Below are positions 24,796 to 39,084 of a stretch of 64,000 nucleotides of DNA, in pieces. Each line of letters starts with the position of its first letter. Position 1 is the stretch's first letter. The position numbers were made by a program, and so were the translations under genes. The notes beneath the pieces are model-generated. The model made no database searches and was not told the DNA's origin. It was given only the letters and a program-made list of their open reading frames with translations. The DNA is from Lama guanicoe (lineage: Eukaryota): NCBI GenBank assembly GCA_013239625.1, contig MU053304.1, positions 434,001 through 498,000 on the forward strand. The letters are read 5' to 3'.

Positions 24796-27700
24796 AAAAA
24801 AAGGAAAAAAAAAGAAATATATCCCCCCACTTGTCACTTTTTATGAAACAATATTGCCAAAATTTTTTATGTGCAACTTTGACGTCAATATTGGACACAT
24901 AGTAGGTTGTCAACAAGTATTGAATAAATGATAGTTTGAAATCAGATATATGGGAAGCCCTGGATCAGTCTGTGAGGATCCATTGAAGGCTTTGACCATG
25001 AAAGTAATTCATAAAGGTGGAGTGGGATTTAACCTTTTCTCAGGGGAGATGAAGATGTCACAAATCATCTGCTTAAGGGAGGCCAGGGTGTGGCCAGGTG
25101 ATGGCATGGGGACACAGAAGGAGCCCTGATTTAGGAGGTAGTCAGATCTGGATTCAGAAACTGCTGAAGACTGAGTGGTCCCAAGAGTCTCTGAGGAGGT
25201 GCCACTGAAGCCAGAACCTGAGGGTATGAAGAGTAAGGGCCAGAGCTCTCAGGTGGGCATCACAGGTAGAATGACTCTATTATGTTGGAGGCAGGGAAAG
25301 GAGCCCACTGTGACCAGAGCAGAGTGACTAGGGGACCTTGTAAACCATGAATGGGACTCAATTTTTTTTTTAAGTACAAAGGAAAAATGGGCATTGACAT
25401 CTAATTTACAGTTCTAAGAAACCACTTCCATGAGGAGAATGGATTGGAGGAAGAGGCAAGAATGGAAGCAAAGAAAACCATCAGGAGGCTAGACTGGAGA
25501 TGATAATGATTTAATAATTTAATGATAATAACTAACACACCACTTACTAAATGCCCAGGCACAGTTCTAAACACTACATGAACCAGCTCATTTAAATGTG
25601 CTTTCCAGTTAGCACCCTCTTTCCTTCTCAAAAGTACCAGTTTGGATGATACATTCCAGGAAACTGTGAATCAGCCAATTGACGTTTTCAGAGGGGTTTG
25701 ATAGTTGGAGTGTTGTCTCCTCCACCCATCAATTTCAAACCATTCTATGAAAGCCACTAACTAAGGCAACTCTGTAATACAATATTAATTGAAGTAGGAA
25801 AAACTGGAATCTCATCTCTAAACTTCCTGAGCTTCTTCCTTTTTGTTCCCTTCTGCCCTGGCTCTTCTCTGGGTTCTGAGTTGTATGTGGGCATTTCTAT
25901 TTGTCTCTTATTCTCAGTGTATTTTTTTTTTCCCACTCCCTGTGTCTTTCTCTTTCCCTGTTTGTGTGTGTTGTGTGTTTCTTTCCTCTTTCTCCTCTTT
26001 GTCTTCCCTACCCCGTCTCTCTACTCTCTTCCCTTCCCCTAATCTCCCTCATTCTTCCCTCCTCAACTGGCCAGTGAGGTACTAGCATGTACAGTGGATC
26101 TGTTCTGTTTAATATATAAAAATTGATGTTGCCTATTTCCATTTAAGACTGATTCAGACTCCCAAGAGCCAGTGTACTAGTTCCAAAATGCTTCTGTAGA
26201 TGATTGTTACAAAGTATTTTAAATCTTTTTATCCCAGTTCCTGTATTCACATTGCTTGAGGAAATTTACCTAGCACCCCACTTATCTAACTGGTTTCTTC
26301 TAATGCCACACCTTCCCTTCCCACTTCACCACCACCTCTGGACTGCCTTCTACTTCAGGTCTCTCCTCAGCCCCTGCGCTGGGCAGCACCTAAATCATAC
26401 CAGACCACATCTGTTCTTTAAAACAGAAGAGGACTTATTAAACCTTCCATGTTGAGCCAAGTGTCTCTCATTCTTCTATAATGTTTATCTTAGTTTTTCC
26501 CTGTGTTACTTTTCCTAAGGCTTGACACTTCACAAACTATTGCTGTTGCTCTGAAGCTTACTTTAAAGATGCTTTTACATATGAGAGTGCCGCTTTTATA
26601 TGCCTGGTTCCAAATAAGGGACTACCAGGGACAGCTCTCTTCCATGCAGAGGCTTCCCTTAGTAAAGGAGCATTCCTTTGTGCTCATCCTGCATATAAAT
26701 CACCAGGGAGCTTTTAAATGAGAAAAGACCTGACTGACCCAGAAGGTGGTATTTATAAATAGTCCTCCAGCCCCCCTTCCTTAAAGCTTGTCCACCTAAT
26801 CCTCTCCACTCTCAAGATTGGAAGTGATTTGACCTCTGAGTCTTAAAACTCAGGCTCTTTTTCTTTTAAAAATCTGGTTGGCAAAAACTGTTAAAAATGT
26901 TTTCAGCCTGATGATGATCAGCCATCAGAGCTTGCCTTTCATTTCCAACATTTTTAGCCAAATATGCTTCTGCTTTTGAGGACCAGCTTTTCTCATTGTT
27001 ATTATTTTGAGACACCTACCTCAATAATTTTTATTTCTTTTTACTGATAGGCTATTGTGGATTAGAATTTTTATGATTTAGAGAGCTGTTCCCTAATGAC
27101 TGCATCTTTGTCATGAACTGAGAACCTTCCTTTTCATCCCTAAAATCACAGAACTTGGAGGGGCTCTAAATAGCCTCCATCCCAACATCACTGGATGGAG
27201 CTTTGTTTGCATTTCTCTAATCTTGTATTATTTATTAAGGCTAAAATCTCACAGGTTTTGTTAGGATTATGAAATGAAGCACATGATACAGACACTAATA
27301 GATAGTTTTCCAGATTAGGGTACATGCAGGAAATGTCTAATTGTTGAGCTGACTAAAGACACTTTTTAATATATTTTCCGAAAAGGTAATTAAGTCCTTA
27401 ATCTGATTATTTATAAAGAGAAGAGAGGCTTGTGTTAGGGAAATAAACCATATATTTTTAGCAGCTTCTCCTCTTTGCTATAAAATGGAGGAAACTTACA
27501 TTCACTATCCATTAACTATCAGAGAGAATACTCTAATTTAAGGCTTTTTTCTTTTTATCCACTAATAGATTGAAGAGTAAGTCCTGGTCCCAGGCTTTTT
27601 ACTTGCTGACCTGGGCCAGGGGCAGTAATACTTTTTCTGGAAGGTGCTAGATCTGATCCATCTGTTGCTTTGTGAGGAGAGCCACTTCTCAAAGGCTTTC

Positions 27701-28999
27701 CTTGCAGCAGACTTACTAGAATGTCCTACTTGCATGTGAGTCTGGAACTTTAGAATTAATTTTAGCTTTGTTGTTTAAGAAAGTCTGTTGTCTAGTGTGG
27801 CTCTGTTGGTACATAAGAGACTATCTGTAGAAAAAGAATGAAAAACATGCACAGAGCAGGCTGAACAAGTACTGTGTCTTCTGAAACCCTTGGGCTTAAA
27901 TGTCTAAGGCAGCTCTGTTTAGATCCGAGCTCAGAGTGGACTTGATAGAGCAGTAGTACTTATTATTTTATTTCTCTAGCTGGGGAAGCTTTCTCCTAAT
28001 GTAATATGGAGACTCTGGAATCGGTAACTATGTGTGAGTAATTAGGATTATAAGACATGGCCTAAGCACATATGTATCCTTTTGACTTGCTTTTCAAGTT
28101 AGTGGTTAAAAAAAGAAAGTGGAGTTTAGAAATACAAAGCAAGAGAGAAAACCACATAGGTGCAAAAGAGCAGCAGTAGCAGCAAGATAATGAGCATACT
28201 AGGAGAGTTAGGATTACACACACTGAGAGGACAGTAACACAGCCAACACAACTTCAAAGCAATGGTGGGTTCAAGTCGGGGGACAGTGCACAAGCTGGTT
28301 GAGGGCACAGGACGCTTGGGGTACCCATCACATTCAAGGCACACTACTGGATAAGGATAACCCTTGGTTATCTTTTGTGACTTTCCTTATATAGCAGCAG
28401 AACTTTTGGAAAGAATCTCTCCAGAGGGTTAAATATAGTACCATTACATACATAATGATGCTAATCAAGTGCGTTGTTCAGGGTCCTTCATCGCAAGCTG
28501 CCCAAACAATGGGAAGGGTTCTCAAAGGCTCTCTGGTGCTTTCAGAACTGACTGGCAGCTGGAGGACCAGGGCCTGCAGCAACAGCCACGCTTCAGGAAA
28601 GGTCAGGTTGGCACTACCTGCTGCCCTACCCTGAAGAACTGCTGATTTTTCCTCAAATCCTTGTGTGACTACAGCTTCAGGGTCCCAAGTGTCCAAGCCT
28701 AGGTCAGGTGCTTGCCCACATCTGCACCTTGACCAGGAGAGAAGGATCTGGATCTTCTAGTTGTTACAGTGCAAAGCAGCCACTGCCTCCCGTGGGGCAA
28801 GGGAGGCCGCAGGGTAGGGGTTGGGAAGAGAGTTTGGTTGCTAAAACATGTAAACTGTATCAACCATTTATCTGAAGCTCAGTTTCTTTTAACCATCTTT
28901 CTCAGGCTCAGCCTACATGCATGTACAATATTAATTTTCTTTTCCTTTAATGATTTGTCCATTGGTTTTAAAAATAAAAACAAAAAAAAACTTAGGACT

Positions 29000-30900
29000 G
29001 TCTTTTTAAATTTAGTCTTTGTTGTTATGAAAGTTGTACATGTATATCTACCTGGTTTCTAGTGAAGAACAACATTCCATGTGTTCCTACTCCTGTTGTC
29101 TACTTCCCAGAGAAAACTATTTTCAGTTTTTTCTAGATGATTTATTTGGTGTTTATCTATATTTCTAAATAGCACACTGTGGTTATATAATGTTTCCATT
29201 TTAGGCATTATTTATCAGCTTCCACGATGGAAATGAGTTTTGTCCTTTCTCAACACTTTATACCTGACCACACAGACACTCTTCTCCTTCCTCCATCGTC
29301 CCAGGATAATTGTATTGGATCCATAGTCTGTGTTGTTATTATTACTGCATCAACACTGCAATGAAGCCTTGTAGTATACTGTGACTACTACTTTCCCCAG
29401 TACTACCTTTTATTTTTCCTTGATATTAGTAATTGTCTTTCTTTTTTATTCATTTGCCCAAATTTTCTGTACTTGTCATTAATTTGACCCCCAAATCTTC
29501 CCTACTTGAATAAATCCTCTTTCCATGTAAACACATTAGATATTCTATGAATTTCATCTTTTTTACATTTAATCTTAAAATCCTTCCCTGAGTGTTCTGA
29601 CTTGCTCTTGTCTGGACTTTGGACCAGTAGCTCTCCAGTCCTGCTAAGGAACTATTGTCTTGGGGTCTCCTTCACCATCACTCTGAGGACCCTCTTACCT
29701 GTCTCTTGTTTTAGATCCCTTGCTTCCTGGCTCTGATGTCATCCTCTTCCTTGGTCTTCCCTGTTGTTTTTTAAGGAGCGTATTACCATTAGTTTCTTCA
29801 GAAAGTCAAGTTTTTTTCAGTTTCATGAATCATTTCCCTGAGAATTTTAAAGGCACTGTTTCTTTTTTTCTGTCCTCATTCATTCTGATTTTTTTTTCCC
29901 GTTCTGATTTTGACCCTTTATGTAACAATTCATTTTCCCTCTAGAAGCTTCTCTTTAACCTTGACATTCTGCAAGTTCACAAAGATGTGACTTGGGCCCT
30001 TACTGAATCTTTTCAGTTGAGAACATTTTCTTGCGTGTGTTTTCTTGATGACTTCCTCTCATTGGTTTGGTTCTGTTTTGTTTTCTGTTCTTTTTCAAAC
30101 TCCTGTTAGTTAGATGCTGGACCTCTTGTACTGATGTCAAGTTTTTGTATCTTTCTTCTCCTGTTTTCTATCCTTGTAGTCTTTCTCTTTTTCTTTCTGA
30201 AAGAATCTTTTTGTCTTCCAACTATTGCACTGAGTCGTTTGGTTCTGCTATCCAAATGTATATTTTCCTAGAGTTCTTTTTTGTCCTCTGAATGTTCTTG
30301 TTTTTAATTGGTATTATTAACTCACTTATTGTATGATAAGCAATATAGAAATGAGATAATATAAATACATATGTTAGAAGGCATTTTTCTGACTGAAAGC
30401 GATTATCAGTTGACCAATCTCAAAAGCTGTAGCCTTGAGCCAGATAGAATATATAAAATTCAATTGTATATAATTTTTAGTATTTGTAAGGATCATGTTG
30501 CTGGTCATTTTTGTGTGTGTGTTTTTAATGTTCCTTTTTTAAAAGTTTGTATCTTCCTGTATAGTCTTTTTTTTCCCTCTAAGTTGCTTTTTTTCTCTTT
30601 GTTTTGTTCTGTCTTTCATAGTAAACACTTTCTTGAGTTTCGGTGATCCTTGGTTATCTTCTCATATTTAAGAGCAGGCCACTAAATAGCTAACTTAAAA
30701 GGCCTGGACTTGTGAGTAAAGCTTGTGGACTGTGAACGTCATTGTAGGGTGATTTGCCTGAGTCATTTCCTGGGATTCCTCTCATGTCTGTTTCTTTAGG
30801 TCTTTTATCTTGGCTGGTCAGATTCTGTTGGAAATTTTTTAATTTTACTCCATTCATTTTCTACCTCTTTCTTGCAATTTCTAGATGTGTACTGTCTCTG
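29000..30900 (-). mobile_element. Highly degenerate ancient L1 (L1ME-like) fragments
   Basis: Long, strongly T-skewed degenerate sequence typical of antisense old L1; boundaries uncertain. Confidence 0.5.
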
Positions 30901-31037
30901 AGTTCTCATGTTGTTAATAAAAATACCTCCCCTGGATCTCTGCTTCTCCCTTTAGATGTCCTTTGCACTCTCCTACACATTCTTACTTGCTTTCATGGCA
31001 CTTCGCAGTTAGCCAACTTGCTAAAAAAAGTAAATGA

Positions 31038-31409
<372 letters not shown>

Positions 31410-31722
31410 TAGCATTAGAACATACCCAAAGATGTAAACTAAGATCTCAGGTTTTTTCCCTAAGAAAATTTGCATTTTTATCTCCCTAAAATAAGAGGAA
31501 AAAAAGTTAAAACCAACAGAAAAGAATAGAAAAAAGTTGCCCATTCAGCCCCCTTCCTGATAAGAGAAGCTATGTAAGGCCTTTAGATGCACTTAATCTG
31601 TTGTTCCTTAAAGATCTTTCAGTCAAATGCACCAGACCAACTTGGTTAAAAGTATAATTCTGTTAAACCAAGGCATTCTCTGAAATTTAACATAGATAAC
31701 ATGTTCTCTAAATCAGGTCTAA

Positions 31723-31971
<249 letters not shown>

Positions 31972-32532
31972 TGATAACACTCATTTTGCAACTCAGTTTG
32001 TGATAGTGTTCCAACACCCTGGCAGGTAGGGGAGCCCCAGAGAAAAGAAGCAAAAAGAAAGCTGGCAACTACAAGGGGCTTTGAGCCCAACAAAAAGGAT
32101 TTCTGACCGTGGTGGACCTGGGGTTGGTGCCTGCTCTGTCACTGACGTGGGGTTGTAATGTTGTCACAAGGAAGCTGCTGACTGGGGCCTGGTTCAGGGC
32201 TCTCCACACGGTCTCAGACAGATTGGATGGGCAAGGCCACTCCACCTTGAGTTTTCACCGTGAAGTGTATGAGTGAACATACGTGTCTTAGAGCTGAAAT
32301 TCCAAGGGAAAGGGCCTATTCTGTACTTCTGCTTATAATTTACAGCCAGCCTCTGTCAAAGGAAATGCTGCTGGCCTAGTTCTTTAGACCCCAAAGCATA
32401 GGGAGCAGGCTTCTGGTGTGGTCCAGGGGGCAGCCTGAAGAGGGGCTCCCATGTCCTTTCTTGTGCCTCTGGTTTGGGAGGTTTCTGATGGCTTCATTGG
32501 TGGTTCTTGGGATAGGAAGAGGCTTGCTCTAA

Positions 32533-32709
<177 letters not shown>

Positions 32710-32875
32710 TGAGTGAGTGGGCCGGAGAACTGGAGTGCCTAGCAGTGGGCATCTCAGGCATGTGGGACTCGTGGTCCCGTTCAGCAGACAGGCAACCAAG
32801 GTTGAGAATAAGGGTAAAAAAGTATCCAGGGGTATACAAGTTTACAGCTTACTGACTTTTGTCATGTGAAAAAGA

Positions 32876-33090
32876 CAGTGTGATAGAATGGAAAGAATAA
32901 AACTTTAGATTAGACCTTTAGGCTAAATTCCTGATTAACCCTGACTAGCTGTGAAATCTTGGACAACTTACTTTACCTCTCTGGGCCTTATTCTTCTCCT
33001 CTATAAAAGTAGAATTAGTAATTCTCTCTTACAGAGGTATAGTGAGGATGAAATGAGATGATATGGAAGGAAGCTGGCACTTAATACATA
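32876..33090 (+). mobile_element. MIR SINE in PDE6D intron 4
   Basis: ACTAGCTGTGAAATCTTGGACAACTTACTTTACCTCTCTGGGCCTT...GTGAGGATGAAATGAGATGAT. Confidence 0.75.
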
Positions 33091-33859
33091 TTAAATCTAT
33101 GCTAATTTGGTTTCTTTCCTGACTAGCAAACTTTTGGTGCTCTGTACTTTGAGTAGCCTTCAACGGAATCTAACAAAGTCCTAATTCTGTTTTAGACGAT
33201 AATGTTTGGTTATAGTTTTTCAGAGACTAGCTTACCATTTTAACAGCTTTAATAACTATGCTTCCTGCTCAAAGAGTAATCAGTTTGTTCTTTGTCCAAA
33301 ACAGTCTGTCAATAACTGACCACCTACCATTTTCTCTTGGGAAAAGATACTAGTCTTTCAGAGGTTTTAGTAATATTCCTGGTAACAAATTATTCACACA
33401 GATAATTGTGTAATATTGGATAATGTCTTTAAACGGGTCCTTAATGAAAGCCACATTGAATTTGTAAGTAGATGTTATTTATTTTATGTCTTTGTTTATT
33501 TTATGTCTCCCTTCCTCCATGCATTTGATTTTTCTAAGAGATTTTTAATTATAACAGTAGATATTTTTATATTCCATCAGCCAGTCAGATCTTGAGTTCC
33601 TTACTTACCTATTTTATAATTAATTACCAGCAAAAAATGTATCTGCTTGCTATCAATTACCCTGGAAGAGGACAGTGTTGTATGTAGAAGGGCATCTTTT
33701 AGATTTTCTTAACCCTTATTGGACTTCTTCTTGACCAAGTCTGATTTCTTTCAGGTACTAACACTAGTCAGTCTGTGATAAGATATTTAGGTTATGAAAG
33801 TCATGTCCTAACTTTTTAGAACCCCCAGACAGTACCACTGTTGCCCTTAACTTGGTTCA

Positions 33860-34252
33860 AGAGTAGTTTGGATTGGAAACACTGAAATACCCACCAAGAA
33901 AAATGAAATTGCACTGTGTACAATACAGGTGCATCTTTTGGAGTTCTTGCGTCTTAAACCATAGAAACTGACTCTGCCTAACATGACAGAGTTGAAAGGG
34001 TGGGACTGAGACCTGAGCAGCTTGAAAGACGCAGGTGACAGGAAAGGTGGATGGTTTCCTCAAGGAGCAGCTATAGAAAGGATCCTGCTCGGGGGGAGAG
34101 TCTGATTGGCCCACATTACATCTTATGCCCAGCCCTTTGCCAGGTGAGGGGGGGGCCACTTGATTGACCCATGGACTGGAGGTAGGGTAGTTCCTCAACA
34201 GAAGAGCAGGGTGCTGTTACCCAAAGTGAGAATAGACACAGCTGTCCACTAG
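33860..34252. mobile_element. MLT1-like solo LTR in PDE6D intron 4
   Basis: CTGATTGGCCC...ATGCCC, GGGTGCTGTTACC, TGTCCACTA end motif. Confidence 0.55.
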
Positions 34253-34553
34253 AGTAGGTTTTTTTTAGGGAAAGATACCACCTCTAAGGTCTGTAGGTTT
34301 CCATGTGAATCAGAAAGTTTGCTATATTTATAAGCACACCTGTGTGCAGAGCACTCTACTAAGGGCCTTAAGTATACAGTGGATTAAGACATGCTCTCTC
34401 TCCTGATTTCTGAATTAAAGATACAAGTTAAATGTCATGTTAGACATCTAACCCTATATGGACACAGATTTTAATATCCCCAAGCCAGGGTTATAGGTGA
34501 GTGCATGTCCATGGGCCCAGCAGACCCAGATTGAAACCACTTTGTGGAAATGA

Positions 34554-34685
<132 letters not shown>

Positions 34686-35185
34686 GAGAAGAATGTGTGT
34701 GCATTTCAAGAATTTGTTTTTTTAGGGGGAAGGAGGAAACTGTTTGCTTTTTTCCTCCATATATTTGATTTTTGACACTTCCACCCCGAATTCCCTCTAC
34801 GGCAAAACCCACCTGCAGCCACCAGGGGACCAGCGTGTAGGTAACCAGATGGCCTTTTTCTCTCAAGCCGCCATCGTCCACTGACCAGACTAAACTCCCA
34901 ACCCCAGTCCAGGGCAGAGGGCAAGCCTCAACTCCTTCCTGGAGTACACAACAGGGACAAACACACCATGAGCTATTCCTGTCACCCTCCCTGCCTCCTT
35001 CTTGGGCCCTGCAGACAACACTTCTCCCTTTCACCCCTGGTTTTGGAAAATTTCATGTTCCTGACCCACATTTAGTTTTTTCCTACCATTTCTATTTCAT
35101 ACATTTAACTTGTAAAATAGACTGTGATATTATTATTACGTAATGAATTAAAACATATGAATTAAAATATTCCTACGTCTTTAGC
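34686..35185 (+). other. PDE6D: PDE6D 3'UTR (end approximate)
   Basis: Runs from the stop codon to ~20 nt past the tandem ATTAAA signals. Confidence 0.7.
35147..35166 (+). terminator. PDE6D polyadenylation signals, ATTAAA x2
   Basis: ATTAAA at 35147-35152 and 35161-35166, followed by pyrimidine-rich downstream sequence. Confidence 0.7.
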
Positions 35186-35436
35186 TTGACACTGCTTTCA
35201 TCTCTCCTTTTCTTGGAACATGAACTTGGCTCCATGATGGGAGGAAAGACATATAACAGACCATAGGATCACAGCAATGTTTTACCCCAGAGAGCAACTG
35301 ATAGACCTTGTGGTTCCTGAGTGCTCCAGTTGCTGCTTTCTAAGAATGTACAACGTACCCAAACAAGACCAACGCTTAACATTTGTCTTTTAGACACGAT
35401 ATTTAGTGGTTCTCTTCCACAACACACATGCACTCT

Positions 35437-35615
35437 TTGTTTGTTTGTTGTTACTGTTTTTAATTTTTCCCTTTCTTTAATTTATTTTATTTTTAGGGGA
35501 TTGGGGGGGTGGTAATTAGGTTTATTTATTAATTTTTAGTGGAGGTACTGGGGATTGAACCCAGAACCTCATGCATGCTAAACAGACACTCTGCCACTGA
35601 GCTAAGCTCTCCCCC
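35437..35615 (-). mobile_element. tRNA-derived SINE, vic-1-like
   Basis: A box (AGCTCAGTGG) and B box (GGTTCAATCC) on the - strand, with the same tail structure as the other copies. Confidence 0.85.
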
Positions 35616-36911
35616 TCCCTCCTTTTACAATGTGCATTTGCTCAGGAGGTTTCTAAAAAGGTTGGAAGTTCTAAGTTAGTAGAGTAGGGACTCCTGTATT
35701 CCTAAGTGAGAGGATAGAAGTTACAAAATGACGAAAAGATCTCCCTAAACTTACCTGGCGCGCACTGGAAAAGCATCTGGAGGGGCGGGAGGCTGCGAGG
35801 CCTTCAAAGCCGTGGTCAAAGGAAGCCAGTGTGGGAAGGAAGTGATTCTGTCTGCAGTGCTTTCACGTCTGACAATAGAGAGCAAATTAAAAAGGTTCTT
35901 TTTTAGGCACCTACCTCTGAGCTGCTTTCACTGTCCTTTTAAAAATACCAACAATTAAAAGTGTTCTGACTCCCAAAGTAGTAGGGTCTGAGGCCAGAGG
36001 AGGGAAAATACACTGAGAGAGAGGCCTTTTTGGTGTAGCCCTGCTCCCAGATTCCTGCTCTCTGTCCATCTGTTACTGCCAAGGGCCTGTTTGCATCTGT
36101 GGGTGGGGAGGAAAAGCAGTACATTTTTAGTGACTTATCTCTATCTTTCAGCCATGATTCTGTTCCTCACATTAGATCCGTTATCTTCAAAAGCTAATTT
36201 TTTTAAATACCAAAGGTTGGATTAAAAAACAAGGTGAAAATGAGTCAAGCTTTCTTTTTGCTTTCCAAAAATGCCATGTCTTTTCTCAGAGTGAACCTGT
36301 CTCCTTCCTTTTTCCTGGGCTGTATCTCCTCCCCAGAATCCCATCAGGGAAGGCTCTCAGGGGCCTGGACACATTCCAATGGAGAAAGGACTTCCCAGGG
36401 AATGCTTCTGACCTGCTTAGACCTCCTGCACTGCCCTTCACTGCTCACCCACCCAGCCAGCACGTCAGGGACAAACTTCTTTGCTAGCTGCTCTGAGCAA
36501 AACAAAAAGAATTGTAGCCCAGGCATTCTTAGACACTTACCGTATCTCCAGGTACATATGCTCAGGAAATAGTTATCATTGTATCATGAAACAAGCAAGG
36601 TAAAAAAGTGTGTACTCCAGGAACAATGCCGATCAAGGGGTTCCAAGCATGGGTGGGATTTGGGCAGACGTAGGGTATGGCTGACTGCTGTGGTGGGAGG
36701 AAAAGAAGGGAAGTGGTACAGGCCAGGGAAGAACTCACCCGAAGGAGAGGGCACAGGAGCTGCAGAGACCAGGACCCTTGGGATGGTGAGGTCAGCCCTT
36801 GTAGAGTGGGTGCAGGTCCAAAAGCCTGACAATCTGGGGGTTTGTGGATACATAAAGGCCACAAAATATTGGAAGGAGAAGCATACAGATCAGGTCTGGC
36901 ACAGTATACAG

Positions 36912-37055
36912 CCACTGGTTCTCAAACATTCATGGGCACCCCCCACCCCCAGAGATTCTGGTTCAGTAAGTGTTGGACCCAGAAATCTGCCTGTGAAAGC
37001 ACCCTGGGTGATTCTGCTCCAGGTGGCCTGTGGACTATACTTTGAGAAATATTGA
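36912..37055. mobile_element. MER5A-like hAT element
   Basis: CTGGTTCTCAAAC...CCCCAGAGATTCTGGTTCAGTAAGT...GGTGATTCTG...ATACTTTGAGAAA. Confidence 0.7.
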
Positions 37056-39084
37056 TAGAAGCATTTAGTGAATGTTAGAGACATACATACATACCCTGTA
37101 ACTGAGATCTCCAAGCAGCATGCTTCAGGAACCAAGGGAGGTCCCAGTTCTGACCTGTGCAGGTAAGGGGAAGAGTTCAGTTGCTCAGGGCAATCAAGAG
37201 GAACTTTCGAGTCTTTAGAGGAAAGGACTGGAGAATCCCAGGCAGCACGGCCTTTGAGAAAGACTTGGGGGAACTTAGAGACTCTTTCAAACATGGATGT
37301 TTGTTTAGGTTTTCTGTGTGGTGTGAGTGTTTTGAGTAACTTCGGTGATGGAGCACATGGTGAAGCTTCGAGTCTGGCCCTAGTTGGGCATAAAGGGTGG
37401 AGGGAGCTCAGTCTACCAAAGAGGATCTGGCCACATTCAGGACACTCTTACAGGCCTATTATGTGTATCAGTAAGATGTCATGCAAGACACAGGGCTGCC
37501 TTTGGAGCTTTGTCTCTAGTAGAGCAATTATAAGTGCCTGCCAGGAGAGAAGGACAAAGTGGGCATTTAAAGGAAGAAGAGATTACACACAGTTCAGAAA
37601 AAAACAGGAAAGCCCTCTTCTCTGGATCCTTCGACTCAGACTATAAAACATTCAAGTCACCCTAAAAAATAACTAGATTTTGAAAAATAATCTTTCCTTC
37701 AATCCTGCATGTCCTTCAGCTCCTCCTCCATCCTTTTTTTCCTCTACAGATTCAGACTTTTCAGAATTGTTTCTACTCACTCTTTGCACTCCCTGTCTCT
37801 CATTTACTCCTCTGCTGTCTGGCTCTGGTCTATGGCCTCTTCTTCTGGAGCAGTGAACTCCACTGAGCCACTCTCCCCATCCAGTCCTTCTTGCTTTATC
37901 TGCTGGGATTCTGGAAGCCACTTCCTGGGTGTCTGCTCCTTGCTCCTTTGCAGGCTCTTCATTTTCTTCCAACTGCCTTGTCCCTAAAATGTTTGTTGGT
38001 GGATTTGGAATTTTTTTTAGCTATTATATATTGAGAATGTGCTTGTGCAGATTCTTTAAGCATTATCCATTCATTCCATACATACTTATTGAGCACTTTG
38101 TATGTACCAGACACTGTTCTAAATGGTGGAGACACTCACTAGACAAGATGAGTCAGGTCCCTACCATTAGATTCTAATGAAAGGAGACAGAAAGCAAATA
38201 AATTCAGATAGTAGTCAATGCTCTGAAGAAAACTGGGCAGTGCAGTAGCAGCATATCTGGAACAAGGAGGTGAAAAAACAAAGATTCCACATTCAGCTTT
38301 TGAACCCAAAACAGGATTGACGAGTCCCCAGCAAGCCAGAAGTCTGGAAAGCCAGGCTTTACTCAAAAGAAAAGATTTTTTAAATCTCTTAACCTATCAT
38401 CAACAAATTAAGAACCAGATGTGCCGTACTTGGTGCAGCAAAGAATTCAGGGTCTGACGGGAGGAGTGAAAAGCCTGTCCCTTCCACTTGGTGAAGGATG
38501 GAGAGGAGGGATGATGAAGAAGCAGGGCGAAGAGGTCCAGGGCTGATGTCCTTGCTTTCCTTCACCCCTGGGCCTGGATGGGAGGAGTGAGTAGAAACAT
38601 CTGCCCAGGTGTGGGGGAAAGATACTCACTTCCTGGAGGTTAGTGGGGAGGAAGGGCTGTCCCACGATCCAATAGACAGAGGCCTATTGACTTATTGTCA
38701 TAAACATCTCCCCCATCTTGTCCTCCATCCCCACGGCCCCTGCCGCAGTTCCTGTAACCATCGGGGACCGGTCCAGCTGATGGCATGGCCTCCCCTTCTG
38801 ATTTACCCTTCACATTACAACCAGAGGCAGACCCAAGATGTGCATCTGATCACCAATCCCTCCACATTGTCAAGTTTATTTTTAGAATTTCTTGCTAGTG
38901 ACTTGTTGTTTTGCAGCATTCAAAATGCACTGTTAAATGATTCTCAAAGGGAAAACATAAAATGGCTTAGCAGTTCTTTTTGGTGCTTTTATTTGGTCTG
39001 AAACTGAGCAACTTTGATTATAGCTTTGAATAAACTGAGGGATGCAGTGGAGTGGAGTGAGAAGCAGAAATCTGGTAAATACAT

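Noticed and set aside
24880..24887. Full CRE palindrome TGACGTCA (another at 60290-60297)
   Set aside because: Isolated 8-mers without supporting context; function cannot be supported from sequence alone.
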